A DNA stretch of 35,134 nt from a virus (Duplodnaviria; Caudoviricetes). A program made the translations under genes and the position numbers. The notes below the pieces were generated by a model. That model saw nothing but the letters and a program-made list of their open reading frames with translations. It ran no database searches and was not told the DNA's origin. The stretch spans positions 1-35,134 of IMG/VR virus record IMGVR_UViG_3300008085_000072; one strand, written 5' to 3'. This document shows, piece by piece, positions 18,643 to 29,700 of the stretch (positions are counted from its first letter, which is position 1; every line of letters begins with the position of its first letter).

Positions 18643-19353
18643 ATGGCTGATGTAGATAAGAGGTTGAGAATAAGAAGTAGATCAGGTGCAGAAAAGGACG
18701 TGTATGGTGCGGCTGGCAATGCATCAAATCCTATGGCAATATTACATGAAACCAATGGAGTAATTTTTCCTTACACACCCACCGTAACATATAAACAAAA
18801 TCCGCAATGGCAGAGCCAGGATTTAACCCATAGTATTCAACAATATTACTATTTTACTGCGGTTGAATCTGCACAAATATCAATTGGTGGTCGATTTACT
18901 GTACAAAACAGCCAAGAAGGCAAATATTTACTTGGCGTATGGCATTTCTTAAGATCATATTCAAAAATGCATTTTGGTATTAACGACCCCCAAAAAGGAT
19001 TGCCGCCGCCCATACTTTTATTAGACGGGTATGGTGGATATGTTTTTAATGAATTGCCCATAATTATACAAACATGGAACATTGATTTTCCTGCGGATGT
19101 TGATTATGTACGAGTATCAACTAGTACTCCAATTGTTGGTCCCGAAATAAGAAGAGATCAAAGCGGAACAAGCTCATCAACAGCAAATATTGGTTCGCCC
19201 GCTAGTTCGTCACCAGGAAATGAATATGCTTATCTACCATCAAGCACAAATATCAATATTACTGCGATAGTTCAAAGACCGCCGAACAGCTTAAAACGAG
19301 ATTTTAATTTACAGGATTTTAGAGAAGGAAGATTATTGAAGGGGTTTACTTAA
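18643..19353 (+). CDS. Baseplate tail-tube initiator/cap-like protein (gp48/gp54-like)
   Basis: GVIFPYTPTV and FLRSYSKMHFG...GLPPPILLLDGYG motifs; precedes the gp53-like gene. Confidence 0.6.
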   Translation: MADVDKRLRIRSRSGAEKDVYGAAGNASNPMAILHETNGVIFPYTPTVTYKQNPQWQSQDLTHSIQQYYYFTAVESAQISIGGRFTVQNSQEGKYLLGVWHFLRSYSKMHFGINDPQKGLPPPILLLDGYGGYVFNELPIIIQTWNIDFPADVDYVRVSTSTPIVGPEIRRDQSGTSSSTANIGSPASSSPGNEYAYLPSSTNINITAIVQRPPNSLKRDFNLQDFREGRLLKGFT

Positions 19354-19354
19354 T

Positions 19355-19648
19355 ATGGCAACAAAATACAGTGGGGATAGTTTTTATGCAATCACTCCTA
19401 TCAGTAACAGATTTTTGGGTATTTGGCAGCCAATAAATGTGCCATCAAATTTAAATGATCAAGTTTATATCATACCAACAAAATATGAACTCAGACCAGA
19501 TCTAGCTGCTAACCAATTTTATGGCAATCCAAAACTTTGGTATATATTTGGATTAAGGAACAAAGATTTATTAGTTGATCCCATTTATGATTTTAAAGCG
19601 GGGTTAGAAATTTTTATTCCATCAAGAGATAATATTCAAGGATTTTAA
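19355..19648 (+). CDS. gp53: Baseplate wedge LysM-like protein (gp53-like)
   Basis: YELRPDLAANQFYGNPKLWYIF...N motif. Confidence 0.8.
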   Translation: MATKYSGDSFYAITPISNRFLGIWQPINVPSNLNDQVYIIPTKYELRPDLAANQFYGNPKLWYIFGLRNKDLLVDPIYDFKAGLEIFIPSRDNIQGF

Positions 19649-19651
19649 TTT

Positions 19652-22309
19652 ATGTCTATTCCCCCAAAAGGTGTTAGGAACAATAACCCAGGAAATCTAC
19701 GATTCGCAAATCAAACAGGTGCAGTCAAAACAGCTGATAATTTCGCGCGATTTGACACATATGATCAAGGTGTTAGTGCATTAGATAATCAATTATTGTT
19801 GTATTATACCGGCAAAAGTCGGGCAGCAGGAAATATACCAAGAACAACCATACGAGAAATTATAACATTGTACGCGCCCGGCAGCGAAAATCAAACCAGT
19901 AGTTATATATCAACGGTAGCGTCCAGAATGGAATTAGATCCCGATGAAACAATACCAATTAACAGATTACCAAATTTACGAGAAGAAATAGTTAGAGTAG
20001 AATTAGGAGAAGTTAATGGCCAACAGTTAACCACAAGTACTGGTCGCGATTTGTCGCGAGCATACAACAATGCAGATTCATCACCGTTGCCGGAAGATAC
20101 AATCGAACAGGCAATTACGCCGGCGGTGGCAGGGCGTGCAGACGCTGGGCGGCGCGAGACGGAAGCAGTAGCAAGAGCCGGCGGGAGTGCCACAAACGGC
20201 GGCGCTAATCCAAATTCCACAAATCAAGTGTTTCCCAAATTCAAAGACAATCCCCTAGCTGATTTAGACAATCCGTCATATTATATTAGATTCTTTGTTA
20301 TTGGAGAAAAAGATGAAAGATCAATACCAGCCGATGATCCAACCTTTGCATCAATACGAGATGTTAATAAAGTGGTACTAGCAGAAACTGCGGTTACCGG
20401 AATTAATATTGAAAGTTTAGAGCTTAAAACAGCAGTTGGGCCAAACCAAGCCACTAAATTAGTTCAAGCATTGGAATTTAAGATGCGCATCTTTGAACCA
20501 ATGGGGTTAACTTTTTATGACAAACTATTGGCCGCTGCCAGAGATTTGGCGATAATTAATTTTCAAAAAGCACCATATTATATTGAAATTAAATTTCATG
20601 GATATAACCCAGATGGATCATACGCAGACAATGTGGGTCCGGATGGCCCCAACACCAAAAGGTGGGTATACAAAGTATTCATAGTAGATATTCAATCAGA
20701 ATTTACCAAAGCAGGTACTGTTTATGATATCACTCTAGTTCAATCAAATGATTTGGGCACCGGTGATAATTTTTTCGCATTAGATTCCAGTTACAGCATG
20801 GAAGGAGCAACAGTTGGTGATGTAATGCGGAATTTGATTGAACATAAAGCAAAATCAGAAGTGGCAAATTATGGAATTCAAAGAAACAAATATACCATAA
20901 AATTGTTACCATTAGAAACCAACCTTGGTGACATCAGCGCGAGTAGGTTGGGCATAGGCACGGATCCAGAAAGGTGGGCCATAATCAATCCCAGCAATAC
21001 ATCGTCTTCAGATACAACTAGCACCAATACCGCCGGGCAAGGATCAGCAACGTTTGCAAAAGGTAATACTATTGCAACTATTATAGAACAAATTTTTACA
21101 TCAACATTAGAGGGGCATAAACTGGTTATAAGAAATACTCAACCAGAAATATATGGGAGTGTTTCTCAATTTATTATTGTACCGTGGATTCTGACCTCAG
21201 TAAAAATTAGAGAAGAGCAGCCCATATATGATCTAGCCATTCAAGACTATAATCGAGATATCACGTATTATGTAATACCATACCTAACAACCCAAGCAAC
21301 CGCTTCAATAGATCAACAACTACCAATACAGCTTAAACAGCGCAATCAAATGATTGAAAATTTAAAAATACGAGTTAGAACAGGAAAATTAGAAAAAAAA
21401 TATGATTATCTGTTCACTGGTGAAAATACCGAAGTTTTAAATGTTGATTTTAAATTTGATACTTTTTTCAAAGCAGTCATTCCATTATATGCCGGCACAA
21501 CCAATAATTCTAGATATAGAGCAGGCCAACAATTAAGTGACGAAGGCGGCGTGTTACAACAAACTATAGAAAATACAGCAGCTCTACAAAAAGCAACATT
21601 CGATAGAAATAGGCTACTAAACACCCCCGAAGGAGAAAAAATAGACCCGAGCCTACGCAGAGCGGCGATTGCTGAAGCAACCAAAAGAATTGAAGATTCT
21701 AGAGCCAGAGTAGAAGATCTTTCAATAAAATCTTCCGTTATTTTACAAGAAACTGCTAGAAGAAATAGAGAAAATATTATTTCCGGTGATACATTTGCAG
21801 AAGATTTAAGTAGTTTTACAGGTAACATTTTTCCAGTAACAATAGATAAAAGTGTTAGAGAAAGTGGTCAAGACGGCGCTGGTAATATTGAAGCAAATGC
21901 CATTCAGCAGTCAATGACCACAGCAGTGCTAAATCAAGTAAAAGATAGAGCGATGGTTACCGTTAATTTAGAGATACGGGGCGATCCATACTGGTTGGGA
22001 GTCACTAATTTAGAAGAAAGTTTTTATCAACAATCAAACAAAAAAACAGGATTGGCTACATTTAATGACGGCAATATGTATTTTATTCTAAAAACTTTAA
22101 TACCACAGGGGATTGAAGAACTTAAGGCAGATCAATCAAATGCTGCCACCGCAGGAAATGTAAAATTATCAGTCAATGAAGCATTTACCGGATTATATCT
22201 TATTAAATTCGTACTTCACAAATTTAATAAAGGAAGTTTTACACAAACTCTTGAAGCCGTGAGAGATGTTAATATAGATATTAATTTAATAGGAGGATTA
22301 AATGGCTAG
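19652..22309 (+). CDS. Baseplate hub-like protein (gp27-type) with N-terminal NNPGN lysozyme-like domain
   Basis: N-terminal GVRNNNPGNLR...FARF...YAP..EN....Y; C-terminal LEIRGDPYWL and GLYLIKFVLHKF..GSFTQTL; located between gp53 and gp5. Confidence 0.65.
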   Translation: MSIPPKGVRNNNPGNLRFANQTGAVKTADNFARFDTYDQGVSALDNQLLLYYTGKSRAAGNIPRTTIREIITLYAPGSENQTSSYISTVASRMELDPDETIPINRLPNLREEIVRVELGEVNGQQLTTSTGRDLSRAYNNADSSPLPEDTIEQAITPAVAGRADAGRRETEAVARAGGSATNGGANPNSTNQVFPKFKDNPLADLDNPSYYIRFFVIGEKDERSIPADDPTFASIRDVNKVVLAETAVTGINIESLELKTAVGPNQATKLVQALEFKMRIFEPMGLTFYDKLLAAARDLAIINFQKAPYYIEIKFHGYNPDGSYADNVGPDGPNTKRWVYKVFIVDIQSEFTKAGTVYDITLVQSNDLGTGDNFFALDSSYSMEGATVGDVMRNLIEHKAKSEVANYGIQRNKYTIKLLPLETNLGDISASRLGIGTDPERWAIINPSNTSSSDTTSTNTAGQGSATFAKGNTIATIIEQIFTSTLEGHKLVIRNTQPEIYGSVSQFIIVPWILTSVKIREEQPIYDLAIQDYNRDITYYVIPYLTTQATASIDQQLPIQLKQRNQMIENLKIRVRTGKLEKKYDYLFTGENTEVLNVDFKFDTFFKAVIPLYAGTTNNSRYRAGQQLSDEGGVLQQTIENTAALQKATFDRNRLLNTPEGEKIDPSLRRAAIAEATKRIEDSRARVEDLSIKSSVILQETARRNRENIISGDTFAEDLSSFTGNIFPVTIDKSVRESGQDGAGNIEANAIQQSMTTAVLNQVKDRAMVTVNLEIRGDPYWLGVTNLEESFYQQSNKKTGLATFNDGNMYFILKTLIPQGIEELKADQSNAATAGNVKLSVNEAFTGLYLIKFVLHKFNKGSFTQTLEAVRDVNIDINLIGGLNG

Positions 22310-25300
22310 ATCCGAATTTAATGATTTTAAACGAAGCAATACTCCTAGATCAGAAAATACCGCACAAACATCTGTAAAAAATCAATACCATGGGATATAT
22401 ATTGGTAAAGTAAAAGAAAATAAAGATATAAGTCGAGAAGGTCGAATCAAAGTGCATATTCCCGAACTTTGCGGAGATCCCAGCGACAGTAAGTCTTGGA
22501 TAAGAGTACAATATGTTTCTCCTTTTGCTGGATCTAGCCCGCCCACATTAAACAAAGCAGGCGGAAAAAATAGTAATCAGTCTCAAGTAAGTTATGGCAT
22601 GTGGTGTATACCGCCAGATTTGGAAAATGACGTTATAGTATGTTTTATTAACGGAAACCCCAACCAAGGCATATATATTGGCTGTTTATATCAAACCGGA
22701 ATGAATCATTCAGTTCCGGCAATTGGGATAGCGGTAAGTCAACAAAAAGGAGTTAAATTAGACGGTAAGGAAATTAATCCACCAACGGCTGAATATAATA
22801 AACGAGATTTAGAACAAGACCCGGAAAATCCGGAAAGACCAAGAGCAGAATCACTACACCAAGGGTTATATAATCAAGGGTTATATGCTGATGCAGACCG
22901 AGGCCCATCAAATGCATCAGCTAGACGAGAAGCACCAAGTCAAGTATTTGGGTTCAGTACCCCAAGAGGCCATAATATACACATAGATGATGGAGAAATT
23001 GAAGTTGATCCCACAACCGGCGAACCGCTATACGCTGATAACCAAGTAGTTAAAAAATCACTCACAAATGAATATATTCGTCTAAGAACAAGACACGGAA
23101 CGCAAATAGTTGTTAATGATACATTAGGATATGTTTATATTAACTCAAGGCAAGGAAACTCGTGGTTTGAAATATCAGATGAAGGCATCAACTTATATAC
23201 TTCAAAAAATTTCAATGTTAGATGTCAAGGTGATATGAATATTAGAGTTGATGGTAATTTAAACCAAGAAGTTATTGGCACTACAAATTGGCGGAACGGA
23301 GGAAATTTTAATGGGCAATACGAAAGCGATTTAAATCTATCAATTATACCCGGCGGCGGATCTTCCGGAGGCAACAACGAGCTTAGAATAAGTGCTAAAG
23401 GTGAAATATTCATTAATAGTGATGATGCAATCACAGTTGATGCTAGAAATCAATTAATACACAAAACTAGCACGTTGGTTCAAAAAGCAAATGCAATACA
23501 CCACAATAGTTACAATGTATCCGGGGGCAAGGCTGCGCAGGGTCCCGAAAAAGGTGCGACCAGGGATCGTCAATTAACCGGTCCAGGGTACCCGGAGGGA
23601 GAAGTAGGTGGCGGAAGTTCAATATTGCCAGCTAGGGGATTGATTACGCATGAACCCTGGAATTACCACCAAAAAGTAGGATCGCCAAATACCAGTGAAA
23701 ACAGTATTGGCAATGTTAGAAAAGAATGTCCTCCCGCCGGAACACAACCAGGCGCAGAGGAAGCCAACGCAAGTGCAGCCAGCGCACCAGGAGCAGATTC
23801 AAATATCAAAGCAGGAGGGCCCGCCGCCGCTGATCCAAGAATAGAATCGCAGTCAGTGTCGGACGATGAACGCGCTCTATCCGAATCGGTTGATAAAAAG
23901 AGAAACATACTTGAAAGAAGAAAAGCATTAGAAGAACGTGAAAAACAAAATAATGAACGAGCTCGAGAAGGGCAAGCTCAAGTAGAACGGCTGCTTACAC
24001 AAGGAAAAATACAAGAAGCAAATGCGTTGTTGGACGAAACTGGTCAACGATTTGAAAATAACCAAGCATCAATCGAACTGCAAAAATTGGGGCTCGAAGC
24101 TGAATATAACGCAGTAGTAGAGAAATCAAGCCCGGTCAGCGCGCGACTAAGATCAACCCTTGCAAATTCAGCAGTTACATCGGGTAGACTAGCAGCACCT
24201 GTTGGTAGAAATCCAAATTCAATATCAGGGCCAATACAAACAATTATAAATGACGGACAAGCCAGAGCCGCAAACATAATTGATGAATTTTCTTCAAACG
24301 CAGTGCAATTATCAGGAAGATTGAATGAAAGTGTTGCCGCTGTTACCAATGCCGTTAATATAGTGCCAAATGTTACAAAAACTGCTCTTGCCGCAGCAGA
24401 AAATGCCGCAACCACATTTGGTACAAGGGTAATAGCCCCCGGCATTAGAACTTTTGAAAATATTTTTTCAAATTATACACAGAATTTAGAAAAAAACATT
24501 ATTACACTAAAAAATGGTGCGGTACTAACAGATGCACTAAAGCCAGTCACTGTTTTATCAACGTCAACGTCAATGTTAAATAATATTCGCGCAGAATACC
24601 CATTTAGAGAAACGATTACTACCATTAAAAGTACCGGAGTTCAAATTATAGGATACGGAACTCAATTAACCGAAGATTTAGCCAATCGTTTTTCTGGTGG
24701 AGTAAAAATGGCAGCGGGCGAAGCGGAAGAGTTATTACGCGGCAGAATTGGGGAAGTAGAAAATACCATTAAATCCATTGTCACAGTGCCAATGACGCAA
24801 AATCAATTTGATTCGGTAGTATCTCTAGGCGAACACATTGGCCCGCAAGCACTGGCTAATTCCGATATGATACCGGCAATAAATTCAGGTAATGTCCAAG
24901 CTGCTATTAATGATTTTGAATGTTACACAAATGGCGGAGAATTAGCGCCAAGAAGACGAGCCGAGGCAGGAAATTATGCTAATGGCGGAGAAGGGTCAAC
25001 GGCAAACAATCCTAATTCCGGATTTACCCCAAAACCAGTAGCGGGTTCTGGAAAATTGACAAAGGGCACCCCAACTGCTGACCAAATCACAGCAATAGAC
25101 AGAGCAGCCGAAAGAACCGGTGTTTCAAGAGAAGCATTATTTGGTTTTGCTGCTCAAGAAAGTGCGTTTAATGACAGTGCAAAAGCAGGAACAAGTTCAG
25201 CGACCGGATTGATGCAATTCACAAACAGTACGTGGAACGATATGGTAGGCAAATATGGTACAGAATATGGGTTAACTCCTTCTGGTAGAAATGATCCAAA

Positions 25301-25634
25301 TCAAAGTGCAATGGCGGCGGCGCTATATATGAAAGAAAATCAAAGAACATTAGAAAGATCTATAGGAAGACCAGTAACTACAACAGATTTATATGCAGCA
25401 CATTTCTTGGGTGCAGGAGGCGGAGCACGAATACTAAAAGCCTCCGGCAATGCGGTAGCAGCCGATGTAGCATTGCCCAAACAAGTTGCAGCAAATAAAA
25501 CAGTATTTTTTGATAAATCAGGAAGAGCAAGAACGGTCGATGAAGTGTATGGATTTATGCAGCAAAAAGTTGAAGCCCCGGGAATAACATACGCCAGCGC
25601 ATTTCCCCAAGGAAGCGGAACAAGAGGGGGCTAA
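22302..25634 (+). CDS. gp5: Central spike (gp5/VgrG-like) with C-terminal lysozyme-like and SLT domains
   Basis: OB-fold GRIKVHIPEL and SYGMWCIPPD; beta-helix-like region; GH24-like IGYG...TQNQFDSVVS...RRRAEA; SLT QESAF...ATGLMQF...YAAHFLG. Confidence 0.85.
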   Translation: MARSEFNDFKRSNTPRSENTAQTSVKNQYHGIYIGKVKENKDISREGRIKVHIPELCGDPSDSKSWIRVQYVSPFAGSSPPTLNKAGGKNSNQSQVSYGMWCIPPDLENDVIVCFINGNPNQGIYIGCLYQTGMNHSVPAIGIAVSQQKGVKLDGKEINPPTAEYNKRDLEQDPENPERPRAESLHQGLYNQGLYADADRGPSNASARREAPSQVFGFSTPRGHNIHIDDGEIEVDPTTGEPLYADNQVVKKSLTNEYIRLRTRHGTQIVVNDTLGYVYINSRQGNSWFEISDEGINLYTSKNFNVRCQGDMNIRVDGNLNQEVIGTTNWRNGGNFNGQYESDLNLSIIPGGGSSGGNNELRISAKGEIFINSDDAITVDARNQLIHKTSTLVQKANAIHHNSYNVSGGKAAQGPEKGATRDRQLTGPGYPEGEVGGGSSILPARGLITHEPWNYHQKVGSPNTSENSIGNVRKECPPAGTQPGAEEANASAASAPGADSNIKAGGPAAADPRIESQSVSDDERALSESVDKKRNILERRKALEEREKQNNERAREGQAQVERLLTQGKIQEANALLDETGQRFENNQASIELQKLGLEAEYNAVVEKSSPVSARLRSTLANSAVTSGRLAAPVGRNPNSISGPIQTIINDGQARAANIIDEFSSNAVQLSGRLNESVAAVTNAVNIVPNVTKTALAAAENAATTFGTRVIAPGIRTFENIFSNYTQNLEKNIITLKNGAVLTDALKPVTVLSTSTSMLNNIRAEYPFRETITTIKSTGVQIIGYGTQLTEDLANRFSGGVKMAAGEAEELLRGRIGEVENTIKSIVTVPMTQNQFDSVVSLGEHIGPQALANSDMIPAINSGNVQAAINDFECYTNGGELAPRRRAEAGNYANGGEGSTANNPNSGFTPKPVAGSGKLTKGTPTADQITAIDRAAERTGVSREALFGFAAQESAFNDSAKAGTSSATGLMQFTNSTWNDMVGKYGTEYGLTPSGRNDPNQSAMAAALYMKENQRTLERSIGRPVTTTDLYAAHFLGAGGGARILKASGNAVAADVALPKQVAANKTVFFDKSGRARTVDEVYGFMQQKVEAPGITYASAFPQGSGTRGG

Positions 25635-26200
25635 GCTAACCCCTTTACTTCACGTAGAATATTAATAAACATTATTCCTTGCTCCATAGCATCATCTAAT
25701 CCAGTATGTGTATAGGGCAGAGTGCTATCAAACCAATGTTTGGGGAATGTATTTTTAGTGGTTTGCTTAAAATCTGTTTTTAATAACGCCATAACATATG
25801 ATTTAACATCTAAGCTTTGATATCCAAAAATACATTCATCAGTGAAATATTCCATATACCACCTAATAAATACAAAATCATAACCAGCGGGATACGCAAC
25901 AAAAATTGGAGGGCCGTATTTGGCCATATCTTCAAGCCAAAGTTTATATTTTATCATTACTTCCTTTGGATTTTCGGTGTTGGTGGTAACTCGAGCCCAT
26001 GCTAGTTGATTTTTGGCCCAAAACTTCATAGTATCTGGGTGTTGAACTGCGCCGGGCAATGGTACTAAATTAGCTTCAAATGTCCCTAAAATATTTTTAT
26101 TAACATCAAGAGCAACGCTACCAAAGTTCAACATTGAATGTTTTCCTGGAATGGGTCCATCTGATTCAACATCAGTGCTAATATAAATTTCTTGATTCAT
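25631..26200 (-). CDS. DEDDh 3'-5' exonuclease (RNase AS/DnaQ-like)
   Basis: DVESDG (ExoI), GYDF (ExoII), HTGLDDA (ExoIII); strong AAGGAG RBS. Confidence 0.85.
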   Translation of the reverse strand: MNQEIYISTDVESDGPIPGKHSMLNFGSVALDVNKNILGTFEANLVPLPGAVQHPDTMKFWAKNQLAWARVTTNTENPKEVMIKYKLWLEDMAKYGPPIFVAYPAGYDFVFIRWYMEYFTDECIFGYQSLDVKSYVMALLKTDFKQTTKNTFPKHWFDSTLPYTHTGLDDAMEQGIMFINILREVKGLA

Positions 26201-26275
26201 AATTTACTCCTTTTTTAAAACTTATACTACTTTATTAGTTCAATCAAGAATTATCTACGTATATTATTTTATTAG

Positions 26276-26283
26276 CATAAATA
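26276..26283 (+). promoter_or_regulatory. Late promoter CATAAATA
   Basis: 7/8 consensus 20 bp before the gp25 ATG, with the upstream element. Confidence 0.55.
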
Positions 26284-26303
26284 TTATATAAACAGGATGC
26301 TCC

Positions 26304-26735
26304 ATGGCTAATAGATTTCAGCGTAATAAAATTTTTATAGGATTTTCAACAGTAAATCAAACCGTGCCATCTACTCGATTATATGATATTGACCTTGTTA
26401 AACGTGATTTACAAAACCATTTTATGACAAGGTTGGGTGAACGAGTAATGAAACCAACTTTTGGATCCATAATTTGGGATTTATTATTTGAGCCATTTAC
26501 CGAAACGGTCAGGCAGCAGGTAATATCTGATGTCAGGCGTGTGATAAATTCTGATCCAAGAGTTGAGTTGGTTGATTTACAAGTCAATAACGAAGAATAT
26601 GGAATAACCGTTGAAGCAATTTTACAATATAATCCTTTTGCAGTTTTAGATACATTATATGTAAGATATGTTAGAGAAAATTTTGCTACCGATAGCGAAA
26701 ATACTACCAGATTTAGTGAAGACAACAATAATTAA
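26304..26735 (+). CDS. gp25: Baseplate wedge protein gp25
   Basis: LVKRDLQNHFMTRLGERVMKPTFGSIIWDLLFEP and DPRV motifs. Confidence 0.92.
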   Translation: MANRFQRNKIFIGFSTVNQTVPSTRLYDIDLVKRDLQNHFMTRLGERVMKPTFGSIIWDLLFEPFTETVRQQVISDVRRVINSDPRVELVDLQVNNEEYGITVEAILQYNPFAVLDTLYVRYVRENFATDSENTTRFSEDNNN

Positions 26736-26760
26736 TTATAATAGTAGTTAATTTTATTAA

Positions 26761-26768
26761 TATAAATA
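26761..26768 (+). promoter_or_regulatory. Late promoter TATAAATA
   Basis: Exact consensus 27 bp before the gp6 ATG. Confidence 0.7.
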
Positions 26769-26795
26769 TCATAATATTATAAAAAGGTCAAATTT

Positions 26796-29700
26796 ATGAG
26801 CCAAAGCGTAAGACAAAGTAATCTATTCGCCGCCGAAGATTGGAGACGCATTTATCGAGCATTTTTAAAAGTAAATTTTACTTCATATGATTTTGATACA
26901 ATACGGCAATCACTTGTTGAATATATTAGAATAAATTATCCAGAAGATTTCAATGACTTTATTGATAGTAGTGAATTTATTACTATTATAGATTTATTGG
27001 CTTGGCTTGGCCAATCATTAGCGTATCGTGTTGATTTAAACGTTAGAGAAAACTTTGTCGATACTGCTGAACGTCGTGAATCAATAATACGACTTGCCAA
27101 CTTATTAAGTTATAGTCCCAAAAGAAACCAAGCATCTCAAGGTTTCTTAAAAATTATAGGCGTAAGAACAACATCAGATGTTATTGATAGTAACGGAACC
27201 AATTTAAACAATATTAGAATAAACTGGAATGATCCGAACAATCCGGATTGGGCTGAACAATTTGTATTAATAATGAACAATGCTTTCTTAACAAGTAATA
27301 AATTTGGGCAACCAGTACAGCAGGGAACCGACCAAAATAATGTAAGAACACAAGTATACCAACTCAATACCACAGTTTTATCAAACCCCGGAATATTTGG
27401 CTTTACCAGTAATATTGATGGAATTTCTGTGCCTTTTGAAAATGTTAATATTTCATATAGTGATGAAAATGGTTTTGAAGAACGAGCACCCAATCCATTT
27501 GATACTTGGCATTTACTTTATAGAAACGACGGACAGGGTAATCAATCAAAAAACACCGGATTTTTTACTTATTTCAAACAAGGCACACTTCAATTTCAAG
27601 ATTTTAATATAGAAATACCTGTTGAAAATAGAGTTTTAGATATTAATACCAATAATGTTAATGAAGATGATGTATGGGTACAAACTATTAATGATGACGG
27701 AAGTGTTGATACCAACTGGGTTAAAGTTCCTTCGGTTGCCAATTCAAATATAATCTACAATAATGTTCCCAGAAAAGAAAGAAATATATTTTCAGTTGAA
27801 ACTCGTATAAATGATCAAATTTCAATAAGATTTTCTGACGGACGTTTTGGTAATGTTGCGTTTGGTTTAACTCGAGTATACCATAGAGCCAGTATAGGCC
27901 AACGTTTGACTATCAATCCAAATAATATTCAAAATGTTGCTATATCAATACCATATATTACGCAAAATAATTTAAGAAAAACTCTTACATTATTTTTGTC
28001 ATTACAAGAAACAATTACCAACGGCAGTGTGGCAGAAAACAATCAAGACATTGCCATAAACGCCAGTCAAGTTTATTACACGCAAAATAGAATGGTTAGT
28101 GGGGAAGATTACAACGTATTTCCACTAAGTAATCCGGGAATATTAAAAGTAAAAGCAATTAATAGAACATATTCAGGACATAATAGATTTATTGATATTA
28201 ATGATCCAACAGGATCATTTCAAAATACAAATGTGATAGGTGACGACGGGATCGTATACCGAGAAATTGATAATATAAGGCAAGAAGTATTATCTAGTGA
28301 CAACCTAACACCAGAACAAATTTTGTCTGTTACAATCAATAATATTTTTTCTAATCAAGTTTTTAAAAATTTTATGATAGATGCAATTCTAAATTATGCA
28401 CCGTTGTGTCCCGAATATAATAAGTTATTTGTACCATCATTGCCTTTTCCCGAAGAATTAATGTGGGATAGAGTAACCGGAACAAATGCGTCAAGTACCG
28501 GAAGATTTGTAAGTAGCATTAACGCATTGCCGGTTTCGCCAACTGTTAATGCCATTAATGTTGGGTTAGCCACACCCGCAGGCAATGCTCTGGATTTAAT
28601 TTTAGAAGGATCACTATTAAAATTCAGAAACGCAGGATGGGTCGCAGTTGATTCCATATTGGATAACGGAGTTGGTTCCAGCAACGGATTTACTAACGGA
28701 TTTGGCAATATTCGTTTAAAGGAGTCCGTTGAAGAAGGCGATATTGTTGAATATGTGTTGCCCCCAATAAGATATACACTATCAACAGATGAAATAGAAT
28801 CCATACGATTGCAATTGGAAGCCAATGCAACCTTTGGTGTTTTTTATAATATCAGTTCTCAACGATGGGAAATTTTAAATTCCCCAGTCAATGGATTTTT
28901 AGACTCTTTTAATTATTGCGATACGGCCAATAAATGGATGGTGTTATTTGAAAATAAATCATCGGGCGGTGTTCTATGGGTAATAACCGCAAGAGGTATT
29001 AAATATATTTTCGAAAGTGAAGAAGATGTTAGATTTTTCTTTATAAATAGATTTAGAACAGTATCCAAAGAAACTGGTCAGTCAAGAACTGATGAAATAA
29101 CCGTATTTAAAACCAACCCAACATTAGAAGCAGATGTTGGAACCAAAAACATATTTTCAAAAACAACACAATATTTTGTAGGAAATATAGTAAATTACAA
29201 CAATACATTATACCAAGCAATAGTAATAAATGGTCCCGGGCTGTTTAACCCATCGCAATGGCTTTCAGTATGCCCGTCTCTAGGCCGAGACATCGCCATA
29301 ACTTTAATAGATAATTTTACATACCCAGACGGATACATTGAACCAAGAAGAGTAGAAGTTTCATTTAGAGACACAGATCAAGACGGAATAGTAGATGACC
29401 CAACCATATTCAATAATTTAATATTTGGAAATGCTGATCCACTAACTATTACCGCAAATAATATTGTTTTTTGGGAAAGATATATTTCATATGATGGTTA
29501 TGAAAATCTAAGGCCAATTTCCAATGTAAAAAGATTCGTTGAGAATTCATTGCAATCAGCAATCAATTTAATGAATGATAACTATGTCAATCTAGCAACA
29601 AGAGCATCCTGGAATAACGGCGATATAGCCGTAGCAATAGATGAAACCACCTTAGAAGGCCAAATCTATAGATTTAGATTAGACAATGTTTATCAATCAT

